62,999 nucleotides of DNA from an uncultured Bacillales bacterium (lineage in GTDB: Bacteria > Bacillota_I > Bacilli_A > RF39 > UBA660), in NCBI GenBank assembly GCA_948433085.1, contig CAOJDP010000004.1:1-62999 (forward strand). Reading direction: 5' to 3'. The position numbers were made by a program, and so were the translations under genes. Positions within the stretch are counted from its first letter, which is position 1, and each line of letters begins with the position of its first letter. Shown in pieces: positions 19,075-28,877 of this stretch. The notes below the pieces were generated by a model. The model worked only from the letters and a program-made list of their open reading frames with translations. It searched no databases and was not told where the DNA came from.

Positions 19075-21402
19075 ATGATAGAACAAGTGATTCAAACCAA
19101 GTTTCAACAAATGTTAGAAAGTAATCATTATATTACGTATAAAGAATATAATAATTTTTTAACCAATTATAAAGAACATTTTGAAAATAGTAGTAGCAAT
19201 GAAGAAATAAAAGAAATTGCAAGTAATGGCTATATGAAAATAGAACAGCATAATGCCCAATTTATTGCCCAAAAATTAATAGAAGAAAAAGATTACTTTG
19301 ATCATATGTTTCAAAAACTAGATGTAACTATAGAACTGGATGAAGCGCAAAGAAAAGCAATTTTGAATGAAGATGATTATTCTTTAATTATCGCAGGTGC
19401 TGGGGCAGGAAAGACTACAACGATGGCTGCCAAAGTAAAATATTTAATTGAAAGAAAACAAGTAGACCCTGCAAAAATTGCAGTAATTTCTTATACCAAT
19501 CAAGCAACTGAAGAATTAAAAGACCGTATTCACTATGGTTTTGAAATTCCTGTAGATATTATGACCTTTCATTCACTTGGAATGAAAATGATTCGTAAAC
19601 TTTTTCGTAGCCCATTAAGGCCTATATCTGAAAAAGAACAAAAAGAAATTGTAATTACATATATTAAAGAAGTTCTATTCCCAAATAAAGAATTATTTGA
19701 AAAGTATATTTCAATGTTTAATAAATATGATGAATATGGATATAAAATGTTTTCAAAAGGATTTGTAGAAAATTATCGAAAATTTGAAACCTTTGACGAT
19801 TACTTTAGAGATTACAAAAGGAGAAAACAAGAACAAAACAAGGATAATCTAAAGCAAATTATAGATAATTATATGGAAGGATATCTAAAACAGCAAACAC
19901 CAAAATCCCTTAAAAACGAGACCATGCGTTCTAAAAGCGAAGCCAGAATAGCGAATTTTCTTTTCATCAATGGAATTGAATATCAGTATGAAGAGCCATA
20001 TCCAGAAAAAGTAGATGAAGGAAAATCTTATGCACCAGACTTTACTATTTTTGTAAATGATATTCCTTTATATATTGAATACTATGGATTGTCTAGTTAT
20101 TATACAGGAAATGGAATCCAGAAACAAACTGCAAAAAAATACGAAGATATTCGCACAAAGAAAAGAAACTTTCATAAGATTCATGAAAATTACTTTATTG
20201 AACTGGACTATAGAATGTATGAAGATGGAAAGCCAATTCATTATTTAAAAGCACTAAGACAAAAATTAAATGCATATAATGTTGTTTTTCAACCACGTAC
20301 TTTAGAGGAAATTTATGATCAAATTCTAAATAATAATGTAGTTGCTGAATTTTTTCATTTTGTTGATTTTATTGTGGATATCATAAATCAAATTAGAAGT
20401 AGTTCTAGTAGAGAAAACTTTTGGACGATTATTACAGATTATATTATGAAATTAGATGTTGATTGGGATACAAAAAAACAAAGGAATGAAGAAGCAAAAT
20501 TAATTCAAGAAATTTATCAATATTATGAAAAAGAGTTACTTCCAAATAATCAAATTGATTTTTCAGATATGATTTTTTATGCCAATAAATTTATGAAAAA
20601 TTTACATGTATTAGATTATGAATATTTGATTATCGATGAGTATCAGGATATTTCTGTTGATCGATATGAATTTGCACATAATCTATCACAACTTACTAAC
20701 GCCAAAGTGATTTCAGTAGGAGATGATTGGCAAACCATATTTTCTTTTGCAGGCTCTCGGATTGATTTATTTTTAAAATATAATTCTTCTTTTCCAGGAG
20801 CAAGACAGCTTTTTATAAATAATACTTATAGAAGTAGTCAAGAATTAATTGATTGCGCAGGAAACTTTATTATGCAAAATCCTATGCAAATGAAAAAGAG
20901 TCTATTTTCTAATAAAAGAAGAGAAAACCCTTTTAAACTATATATTTATAACCAAAATCAATATGAAATAGTAAATGAAATTGTAAAGCAAATTTATGAA
21001 AAAAACAAAGACGATCATATTTTAATCCTTGCTAGAAAAAACAAACATATTGAGAAATTATTAGAAACTTCATACTTTAAAGAGGGAATCGGTACAAGAA
21101 TTATTTCAGAAGCTTGCCCAAATGCGATTATAGATGCAATGTCTGTACATAAAGCAAAAGGCTTAGGTGCAGATCAAGTAATTCTGCTCAATGTAACAAA
21201 CAAGGATTTTCCTTGTCCTGAAAAAGAAGGAATATGGCTTTCTAATTTATTTAAGGAGGACCATTATAAAGAAGATTTTCCATATGCAGAAGATAGACGT
21301 ATTTTTTATGTAGCACTTACAAGGACAAAAAACGATGTTTATTTACTTGTGCCAGAGAGTAAATTAGACAGGTCTCCTTTTATAGAAGAAATATTGGAAT
21401 AG
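19075..21402 (+). CDS. Helicase IV-like SF1 (UvrD-family) helicase with an embedded PD-(D/E)xK-like nuclease module
   Basis: HelD-type N-terminus leading to Walker A AGAGAGKTTT, with motif II IIDEYQD and C-terminal motifs VHKAKGL and YVALTRTK. Between motifs Ia and II lies SKSEARIANFL...YAPDFTIF...LYIEYYG, which resembles a restriction-endonuclease-fold core. The ATG at 19075 follows AGAGGTG. Confidence 0.8.
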   Translation: MIEQVIQTKFQQMLESNHYITYKEYNNFLTNYKEHFENSSSNEEIKEIASNGYMKIEQHNAQFIAQKLIEEKDYFDHMFQKLDVTIELDEAQRKAILNEDDYSLIIAGAGAGKTTTMAAKVKYLIERKQVDPAKIAVISYTNQATEELKDRIHYGFEIPVDIMTFHSLGMKMIRKLFRSPLRPISEKEQKEIVITYIKEVLFPNKELFEKYISMFNKYDEYGYKMFSKGFVENYRKFETFDDYFRDYKRRKQEQNKDNLKQIIDNYMEGYLKQQTPKSLKNETMRSKSEARIANFLFINGIEYQYEEPYPEKVDEGKSYAPDFTIFVNDIPLYIEYYGLSSYYTGNGIQKQTAKKYEDIRTKKRNFHKIHENYFIELDYRMYEDGKPIHYLKALRQKLNAYNVVFQPRTLEEIYDQILNNNVVAEFFHFVDFIVDIINQIRSSSSRENFWTIITDYIMKLDVDWDTKKQRNEEAKLIQEIYQYYEKELLPNNQIDFSDMIFYANKFMKNLHVLDYEYLIIDEYQDISVDRYEFAHNLSQLTNAKVISVGDDWQTIFSFAGSRIDLFLKYNSSFPGARQLFINNTYRSSQELIDCAGNFIMQNPMQMKKSLFSNKRRENPFKLYIYNQNQYEIVNEIVKQIYEKNKDDHILILARKNKHIEKLLETSYFKEGIGTRIISEACPNAIIDAMSVHKAKGLGADQVILLNVTNKDFPCPEKEGIWLSNLFKEDHYKEDFPYAEDRRIFYVALTRTKNDVYLLVPESKLDRSPFIEEILE

Positions 21403-21427
21403 TAGTATTAGAAAGAAGGAAAAGCTT

Positions 21428-22684
21428 ATGAGAAAAATTATTGGAATAATCTTGATTGCTTTCTGTTGCTTTGTATCTCCCATATATGCATATGACTTTG
21501 AGATTCGTTCAAAGAATGCTCTTCTTTATAATTTAGATGAAAACAAAATATTGTATGAAAAAGGTGCAGATGAGGAAATTGCGATTGCATCTTTGACAAA
21601 AATTATGACAGCCATTGTAGCAATTGAGAATATAAATTCTTTAAATGAACAAGTAATATTAGTGTCTAAAGATTTTGAGGGTTTAATAGAAGCCAATGCC
21701 TCAGTTGCAGGTTTTAGGGAAGGGCAAATTGTAACGTATAGAGATTTGTTGTATGGATTGTTACTTCCATCAGGAGCTGATGCAGCGCAAGCATTAACAA
21801 GAACAATAGCAGGCTCTAAAGAAACTTTCGTAAATAAGATGAATGAAAAAGCAAAAGAACTAGGTATGCAACATACTCATTTTGCAAACGAAACAGGTTT
21901 AGATGCTGAAAATCATTATTCCACATTAAAGGATGTCGCAAGATTGTTTCAATATGCATTAAAAAATGATGATTTAAAAACAATTTTACAAAGTGACCGT
22001 TATGTTATGAGTGACACTTCTTTCTTAGTATCTAGTACTATTTTCAAAAACATAAAACGATATCAAATACATATGGATTATATTTTAGGTGGGAAAACAG
22101 GAACAACGAATCATGCAGGATTGTGTTTGGCAAGTATTGCACATGAGAATGGAACGAACTATATGTTAATTACTGCAAGGGCTCCATATCCTGCAAAACA
22201 ACCTTATTCATTTTTAGATGCTAAAACAATTTATGATTATTTTATCAGTCATTTCGAAAATAAAGAAATCGTTGAAAAAAACGAATTTCTTTTATCACTC
22301 TCCACACAGTATGCCAAAGAAGATTCGGTACAATTTACATCAACGGAAACAATTCAAAAGTATCTACCTATGGAGTTTCACAAAGGGGAGATTGAGACAC
22401 AATATCAGGGGATAGATGTTGTGAAATATAATACCAGAAAAGGAACAAAATTAGGTATTTTAGAACTATCTTATCAAGGAGAAATAATTGCTACTATTGA
22501 TATTGTATTAAATAATCAATTACATTTTTCTATCTTAAAATACCTAAAAGCACATATGATATTCGTTATGATTATTTTAATGATCATCGTAGTCTTTATT
22601 TTAAAATACACAAAGTCAAAGGAATTTAAGAAAAGAAAATTTATATTAAAAAATTGGAAATTACACAAAAATACGAAACCTTAG
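21428..22684 (+). CDS. Serine-type D-Ala-D-Ala carboxypeptidase (PBP5/DacB-like) with a C-terminal membrane anchor
   Basis: Signal peptide, SxxK (ASLTKIMT), SGAD (an SxN-like motif) and KTGTT. There is a hydrophobic helix near the C-terminus. Confidence 0.85.
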   Translation: MRKIIGIILIAFCCFVSPIYAYDFEIRSKNALLYNLDENKILYEKGADEEIAIASLTKIMTAIVAIENINSLNEQVILVSKDFEGLIEANASVAGFREGQIVTYRDLLYGLLLPSGADAAQALTRTIAGSKETFVNKMNEKAKELGMQHTHFANETGLDAENHYSTLKDVARLFQYALKNDDLKTILQSDRYVMSDTSFLVSSTIFKNIKRYQIHMDYILGGKTGTTNHAGLCLASIAHENGTNYMLITARAPYPAKQPYSFLDAKTIYDYFISHFENKEIVEKNEFLLSLSTQYAKEDSVQFTSTETIQKYLPMEFHKGEIETQYQGIDVVKYNTRKGTKLGILELSYQGEIIATIDIVLNNQLHFSILKYLKAHMIFVMIILMIIVVFILKYTKSKEFKKRKFILKNWKLHKNTKP

Positions 22685-22845
22685 TTTTATAAGAAGTGAG
22701 TAAATGGAAATCCATTAAATTATCTTCTTAAATATTTTTAACAACTACAGTTTCACAAAAAAATCATTTTCCATTAATAATACTTTTGAAAATTTTCAAA
22801 AGTAGATGTATTTTTCTTATAAAAATGTTATAATGATATTGGAAT

Positions 22846-22921
22846 TGCCCCATAGCCAAGCGGTAAGGCACCTGACTCTGACTCAGGCATTGCGTTCGTT
22901 CGAATCGAACTGGGGCAGCCA
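22846..22921 (+). tRNA. tRNA-Gln (anticodon CUG), CCA encoded
   Basis: 7-bp acceptor stem TGCCCCA/TGGGGCA. The D-arm AGCCAAGCGGTAAGGCA is typical of tRNA-Gln. Anticodon stem CCTGA/TCAGG with loop CTCTGAC. T-arm GTTCG-TTCGAAT-CGAAC. Discriminator G followed by CCA. Confidence 0.9.
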
Positions 22922-22932
22922 AGTTGAAAAGT

Positions 22933-22955
22933 ACCATTGAATTTCAATGGTTTTT
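22933..22955 (+). terminator. Rho-independent terminator after tRNA-Gln
   Basis: ACCATTGA-ATT-TCAATGGT hairpin followed by TTTTT. Confidence 0.7.
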
Positions 22956-23209
22956 ATTTATTGTTGGAATCTCCATTATTGAAAATTTTATCTAGTGATA
23001 TAATGAGTTTCTAATTAATATTTGTATTAGATAACCTAATATCTTACGGATCACTTCAATTTTACATTGAAGTGACAAGTCTCCGCCCATATCGTTTGTT
23101 CCATTGTTCTTTATTATTCGTTTTTAGATGCAAATATTACCTATTGTAATCGTTTATTCTTGCAATTTTGTATATTTGGAATATAATAAGGGCCTGGAGA
23201 TGATGCATT

Positions 23210-24061
23210 ATGTTGTTTTTGAAAGAATTAGTGACAAATCAAACCCCAATTATGAATCTTTATAATGATATTCATATTTCAGAAGAACAAAAGTATGAGG
23301 TTTTAGGTATGGAATCTTCTGGTTTTTTAGCAAAGCAATATATTCAGAAGATGTTTTTGATGAATCATACATGGTATTATTTTCGAAAAGAAGAAGAAAA
23401 TTATGGATATCCATTTTATTTAATGAATGAATTATTAGGAAGTTATCTTGCGAAAATATTAAAATTGGATGCTGTTACTTTTCAAGTTGGATGTGTAGAA
23501 AACAAATTAGGCTTGGTATCTAAAAATTTTAGAAAATCGAATTGTACATACTATTTTGGTGATTATTTTGTTCCCTATAATAATTTAGTCAATGCCAATT
23601 CGAATGTAGAGCATATAAAGCAATTTTATAGAAATGAACAAGATAAGGAAATAGTAATTGACTCCCTTTTAAAATTATTGGCACTCGATATTTATATGCT
23701 ACAAAAGGATAGAATATCTACAAATATACAGTTTGAAGAAAATTTAGAAACAAAGCAATTTAGAGTAGCGCCAATTTACGATTTTGCTACCTGTATTGAT
23801 TCAATTGGATTAGAAGGCATTTATTTAAATAATGTGATCATTGTATTAGACGATTTCAACATACGTTTATTAAACAAAATTTATCCACAATTTTCTAACT
23901 ATTTAACAATATTATTAGAACAAAAAATGAGTACAATGTTTGAGACAATTTGTGAAGATTATCATTTCAATCAGGATTGTTTTGTCTATGAGCAAGTAAA
24001 ATCTTATTATCAGTTAAAAGAAGAAAAACAAAAGCAATATTTAAAACAATATATTAAGTAA
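23210..24061 (+). CDS. HipA-like kinase-fold protein (C-terminal kinase domain only)
   Basis: LQKDRISTNIQF (D-x4-N, aligned with the HipA DxHxKN catalytic loop) followed by VAPIYDFA (the HipA laPaYD Mg-binding motif). A possible P-loop-like ESSGFLAKQY lies near the N-terminus. Assignment is from motif memory only. Confidence 0.45.
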   Translation: MLFLKELVTNQTPIMNLYNDIHISEEQKYEVLGMESSGFLAKQYIQKMFLMNHTWYYFRKEEENYGYPFYLMNELLGSYLAKILKLDAVTFQVGCVENKLGLVSKNFRKSNCTYYFGDYFVPYNNLVNANSNVEHIKQFYRNEQDKEIVIDSLLKLLALDIYMLQKDRISTNIQFEENLETKQFRVAPIYDFATCIDSIGLEGIYLNNVIIVLDDFNIRLLNKIYPQFSNYLTILLEQKMSTMFETICEDYHFNQDCFVYEQVKSYYQLKEEKQKQYLKQYIK

Positions 24062-24377
24062 AGAAAGGGTTTGACTACGAATTTGAAAAGGATTAAAATA
24101 AACAATTAAGAAAAGGAAATTTATGACAAAAGATATATGAAAAATAGAGTATCCATGAAAAAATGCAACAACTATATTAGAATAAAACAATGTATATAAT
24201 AAAAATGCTATTTATTATCATTGGATGCAGTTTTGCTATCTAATCTCAAAAATATAGGAAGAATTAAATCGTAATATAATCAAATCTTTGTAATAAAGTT
24301 TGATCATATAAAAAATCTATCATTAAGGTAGTATGCTAGAAAAACTTGTTATAGATTTCTTTTTAGGGGGAATTAAA

Positions 24378-25781
24378 ATGGAAGAAAATATAGTAGCCAT
24401 TTACAAAAAAATTAAATTATTTAAAAATTTCTATATCTTTAAATTTGTAGAAGCAGTTGAAAATGTAGTGTACAATGCAGAAGAGGATAGTATCCAATAT
24501 TACAAAAAAGGAAAGGCAAAGAAATTGTACCATATGGAAAACATAGCATTTATAAATTCAGAAGAAAAATTATGTTTTGGTGAATTAACGTGTAAAAAAT
24601 GGTTAATAGAATTGTTTGAAAAAGAAGAAGAAAATCTTTATGAATTATTTCAAAAGGGTTGTTGCAGTTTTATCCAATATGGTATTTTAGAAAATGAAAA
24701 TTTAAAAATTATAAGTAGTAGAGTAGAAGACATTCAAAATGCAGAAGTAGCTGACAATTACTATAGCTATGTATTAAATTATCAAACAGACGAAGGAGAA
24801 CTTATTGAGATACCATTGTCAATTGTTCAAAAAATGTTGTCTGATATAGAAGAGAATAATATAGAAGATGTACATTTGTGTTTGGAAAGTATAGTAAATA
24901 AGGCGAATGAATTGCTAGAATTAGAATCTGAGTGTTTGGAAGAAAAAACAATAGAAATGAATGCAAACGAAATATTGGATTCTTTAATTGGTCTGGAAAA
25001 GATTAAAAAACAAGTACAAAAATTGAAAAACTATCTTATATTCATCAATAAGGTAAGAGAAGAAACAACACTAGAACAGGCAAATTTAAACATGGTCTTT
25101 TTAGGAAATCCTGGTACAGGACAAACAACAGTTGCCAAAATTTTAGCAAAATTATTCTACGAAATGGGATACATAAAACAAAATAAAGTAGGAGAATGTA
25201 TGGCATGGGATTTTATTGCAGAATATGTGGGACAAACAGATAAAAAGACACATGCCATAATAGAAAAATATAAACATGGTGTGATTTTTGTAGATGAGGC
25301 ATATAATTTCTGCACAGAAGGACAACTATACGCAGAAGAAGCATTGGTGGAAATTAGCAAAGAAATGGAAAGTAAAGAGACAATTTTTATTTTTGCAGGG
25401 TACAAAGAAGAAATGCAAAAGTTTCTAGAAATGAATCCAGGTTTCATTTCTAGAATTGGGTACCAATTCAAATTTATGGATTACACATTAGAAGAGCTTT
25501 ATGCTATTTTCTTAAGAAAAATAGAAAAGAGTAAGTTGCATATAGATGCTTATATAGGAGCAAAAGTGAAATTGCTTATTTCAGACTTTATGAAACAAAA
25601 AAATTTCGGAAATGGACGATTTATTGACAATTTGTTTGATAAAATTTTATTCAATCACGCAAGTAGATGTTATAATAGTAATAATCTAGAAGAATTAACG
25701 ACTTTAACAGAAGAAGACATTAATTTAGATATTTATGAAGAATTAAAATCTGGAGAAAAAACAAAGAAAATTGGCTTTTAA
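24378..25781 (+). CDS. AAA+ ATPase of the CbxX/SpoVK family with a Walker A Lys-to-Gln substitution
   Basis: The C-terminal ~250 aa are collinear with SpoVK/CbxX (MVFLGNPGTGQTTVAKILAKLF..., Walker B IFVDEAY, NPGFISRI). The ATG at 24378 follows GGGGGA; the track start at 24333 lacks an RBS. Confidence 0.8.
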   Translation: MEENIVAIYKKIKLFKNFYIFKFVEAVENVVYNAEEDSIQYYKKGKAKKLYHMENIAFINSEEKLCFGELTCKKWLIELFEKEEENLYELFQKGCCSFIQYGILENENLKIISSRVEDIQNAEVADNYYSYVLNYQTDEGELIEIPLSIVQKMLSDIEENNIEDVHLCLESIVNKANELLELESECLEEKTIEMNANEILDSLIGLEKIKKQVQKLKNYLIFINKVREETTLEQANLNMVFLGNPGTGQTTVAKILAKLFYEMGYIKQNKVGECMAWDFIAEYVGQTDKKTHAIIEKYKHGVIFVDEAYNFCTEGQLYAEEALVEISKEMESKETIFIFAGYKEEMQKFLEMNPGFISRIGYQFKFMDYTLEELYAIFLRKIEKSKLHIDAYIGAKVKLLISDFMKQKNFGNGRFIDNLFDKILFNHASRCYNSNNLEELTTLTEEDINLDIYEELKSGEKTKKIGF

Positions 25782-25792
25782 GGAGAGATAAT

Positions 25793-27073
25793 ATGTTACA
25801 AAAACCAAAAGGGACTTATGATGTATACGGAGAAAAAGGACGTCAAATTCTTGCAATAGAAAATATACTTCGTTCTATGATGGAAAAATATAATTATGAA
25901 TATGTAAGAACACCGATATTTGAATCAAGCGAATTATTCCATAGAGGTGTAGGAGAGACAACGGATATTGTTGCGAAAGAAACTTATGATTTTAAAGATC
26001 GTGGAGATCGTAATATGACCTTAAGACCAGAAGGAACAGCAGGAATTGTTCGAAGTTTTATAGAAAATAAACTTTATGGGGATCCTAATCAACCCATAAA
26101 AACATGGTATATAGGACCAATGTATCGTTATGAAAGACCACAATCAGGGAGATTTCGTGAATTTTATCAATTTGGCGTTGAAGTATTTGGAAGTGAAAAT
26201 CCTTATATAGATGCAGAAGTAATCAGTATACCTGTGAATTTCTACAAATTACTGGGATTAAAAGGAATCAAAGTAAAAATCAATAGTTTAGGAGATGCAG
26301 AATCTAGAAACGCATATCGAGAAGCACTTTTAAAACATTTTGAACCTTATTTAGACACTTTGTGCGACGATTGTAAAGTGAGATATCATAAAAATCCTTT
26401 ACGTATCTTAGACTGTAAAGTAGATAATGGCTTGGAATGCATGAAAAACGCACCAAGAATGCTTGATTATTTGAATGACGAAAGCAAGCAACATTTTGAA
26501 CAAGTAAAACATTATTTAGACATATTAGAAATTCCTTATGAAGTGAATCCAAATATTGTAAGAGGCTTAGATTATTATACCCATACAGTGTTTGAAGTAG
26601 AAGCAGACATCGAGGGTTTTGGAAGTCAAAATGTATTATGTGGTGGGGGAAGATATAATCACTTAATAGAACAGATAGGAGGACCTTCTACACCTAGTGT
26701 TGGGTTTGCCTTAGGAATGGAAAGACTTTTGAATGCATTAGAGAGCGAAGCGATTCACTTAGGAGAACAAAATATTGATTTATATATCATTCCTGTACAA
26801 GAAGAACAAATTGATTATGCAGTATCTCTTGCACAACAACTCCGTATGAATGGATTTTCCGTTGATATTGATTATATGAAACGTAATATAAAAGGAAATT
26901 TTAAACAAGCAGATCGACTTCATGCAAGTTATGTTTTAATACTTGGAGAAGAAGAAGTAGAAAAGGAAGTATTCACAATTAAAAATAATCAATCCAAAGA
27001 AGAATATAAAGTAGAAATGGATGAACTAATTCACTTTTTAGATCACCATATAGAGGAGAAATTTTATGAATAG
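25793..27073 (+). CDS. hisS: Histidine--tRNA ligase
   Basis: 426 aa. Class II motifs (MYRYERPQSGRFREFYQ, GGGRY), a HisRS-specific region and an anticodon-binding domain. Confidence 0.93.
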   Translation: MLQKPKGTYDVYGEKGRQILAIENILRSMMEKYNYEYVRTPIFESSELFHRGVGETTDIVAKETYDFKDRGDRNMTLRPEGTAGIVRSFIENKLYGDPNQPIKTWYIGPMYRYERPQSGRFREFYQFGVEVFGSENPYIDAEVISIPVNFYKLLGLKGIKVKINSLGDAESRNAYREALLKHFEPYLDTLCDDCKVRYHKNPLRILDCKVDNGLECMKNAPRMLDYLNDESKQHFEQVKHYLDILEIPYEVNPNIVRGLDYYTHTVFEVEADIEGFGSQNVLCGGGRYNHLIEQIGGPSTPSVGFALGMERLLNALESEAIHLGEQNIDLYIIPVQEEQIDYAVSLAQQLRMNGFSVDIDYMKRNIKGNFKQADRLHASYVLILGEEEVEKEVFTIKNNQSKEEYKVEMDELIHFLDHHIEEKFYE

Positions 27074-28379
27074 AATAGAAATCAAACATTTAAACAAACA
27101 TTATAATGAAATAGTGGAAATACAAGGATTTGTAGAAAGTTTAAGAGATTTACAATATGTACAATTTGTAGTGGTAACAGATGGAACAGGCAAAGTACAA
27201 ATGACAATCGAAAAAAATGAGGAAAATGAAAATTTAAACAACATTGTAAGCGGAATTACATTACAAAGTACAATCAAAGCAAAAGGAGTATTATTAGAAA
27301 GTCCTAAAGTAAAATTAAATGGAATGGAAATCATTCCTGAAAGAATAGAAATTACATCTGTATCAGAAGCAGAATTACCAATAAATATAAAGGATAAAGA
27401 TAGCGCTGAAATGGATACGAGATTGGATAATCGTTTCTTAGATTTGCGAAATGAATATAATATGAATATTTTTAAAATTCAAAGTAAAATGGTAGAATCC
27501 ATGCGTAAATTTTTATATGAAAAAAACTTTATAGAAATTCATACTCCTAAATTAATAGGTGCAGCAAGCGAATCGGGCTCTGAAGTGTTTGAAGTAAAAT
27601 ACTTTGATCGAAAAGCTTACTTAGCACAGTCTCCACAATTTTATAAACAAATGGCTATGGCATCAGGAATGGGTCGAATTTTTGAAGTAGGTCCTGTATT
27701 TCGTGCCGAAAATTCGAATACCAATCGACATACAACAGAATTTACAGGTTTTGATTTAGAATTTAGTTACATTGAAACATTCGAGGATGTTATGGAGATG
27801 GAAGAAAAATTACTCACCTATATGTTAAAAGAAGTAAAAGATAGCTATGGAGATTTAATTCAAGAAGTTTATGGAAAAGAGGTTATTGTGCCTGTATCAT
27901 CTTTCCCTAGAGTCAAACTGACAGATTTATATCAAATTCTAGAGGAAAAGTATAATTATCATGTCGAAGAAGGGGCAAAAGTAGATTTAACAACAGAAGC
28001 AGAAAAACTATCTTATCAATATGCGATGGATGAATTCCATTCAGAGTTTATTTTTATTACCGATTTTCCTAAGGATAAAAGGGCTTTTTATCATATGAGA
28101 AAAGATGGTATTCCTCAAGGATATGATTTGATATGGCGAGGTGTTGAAATTACAACAGGAGCCCAAAGAGAGCACCGTTATGAAATTTTAAAACAACAAG
28201 CGGAAGAAAAGGGATTAAAAGATGATGTTGCGTTCTATTTGGATTTCTTTAAATATGGATGCCCTCCACATGGCGGATTTGGAATTGGAATTGATCGCTT
28301 GACTATGTTATTATTAGGACTTCCTTCTTTAAAAGAAGCAATGTTCCTATTTAGAGGACCAAATCGTTTAAATCCATAG
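27066..28379 (+). CDS. aspS: Aspartate--tRNA ligase, short archaeal/eukaryotic-type form
   Basis: 437 aa with an OB-fold N-terminus and class IIb motifs (FRAENSNTNRHTTEFTGFDLE, GGFGIGIDRL). It lacks the ~130-aa bacterial insertion domain, hence the short type. Confidence 0.88.
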   Translation: MNRIEIKHLNKHYNEIVEIQGFVESLRDLQYVQFVVVTDGTGKVQMTIEKNEENENLNNIVSGITLQSTIKAKGVLLESPKVKLNGMEIIPERIEITSVSEAELPINIKDKDSAEMDTRLDNRFLDLRNEYNMNIFKIQSKMVESMRKFLYEKNFIEIHTPKLIGAASESGSEVFEVKYFDRKAYLAQSPQFYKQMAMASGMGRIFEVGPVFRAENSNTNRHTTEFTGFDLEFSYIETFEDVMEMEEKLLTYMLKEVKDSYGDLIQEVYGKEVIVPVSSFPRVKLTDLYQILEEKYNYHVEEGAKVDLTTEAEKLSYQYAMDEFHSEFIFITDFPKDKRAFYHMRKDGIPQGYDLIWRGVEITTGAQREHRYEILKQQAEEKGLKDDVAFYLDFFKYGCPPHGGFGIGIDRLTMLLLGLPSLKEAMFLFRGPNRLNP

Positions 28380-28800
28380 ATAATATAAACATTGAAATAT
28401 TTTATATAAAAAGGAAAAAGGCTAAAAATTTTATATGCTATTTTTGAAAGCTTTATATTATAGGAAAAATTGTATTTTTTATGAGATTGCATATACAATT
28501 GCAGGATAAAATTAGAAATCGAAGTTAAAAATTTGATAATGAATCGAAATATAAAGATAATTGGGTTTTAATTGGTAAAAAATGTACAAATCATAGAGAC
28601 ATAGTGAAATAAAATGAGTGGTTAAACCAAATAGATTAACTGCCATTCTTTTTAATAAACCCGATATTAAATACAGAAAACATATCAATATTTTAATTAA
28701 AATTAGTTATAAACATTTTTTTGTAACAGAAATTTGTATAATCAGTTGTAATATAATGATTAAAGACATATTTCAAATTGAAACTATATTTAAAAAAATA

Positions 28801-28828
28801 TTGACATAAAAATTATAGATGATAAAAT
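28801..28828 (+). promoter_or_regulatory. Sigma-A-type promoter upstream of leader copy A
   Basis: TTGACA, 16-nt spacer, TAAAT-type -10 (TAAAAT). Confidence 0.5.
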
Positions 28829-28877
28829 GAATATAGATAGAACTATCTGTATTCTAAAATAGCAGGAAAGTACAAAA

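Noticed and set aside
28618-28809. Small AT-rich intergenic ORFs (also 38112-38303, 42692-42916, 9144-9338, 7289-7507)
   Set aside because: They have no RBS and a Lys/Ile/Phe/Asn-rich composition typical of random ORFs in AT-rich DNA. Several overlap predicted promoters or terminators.
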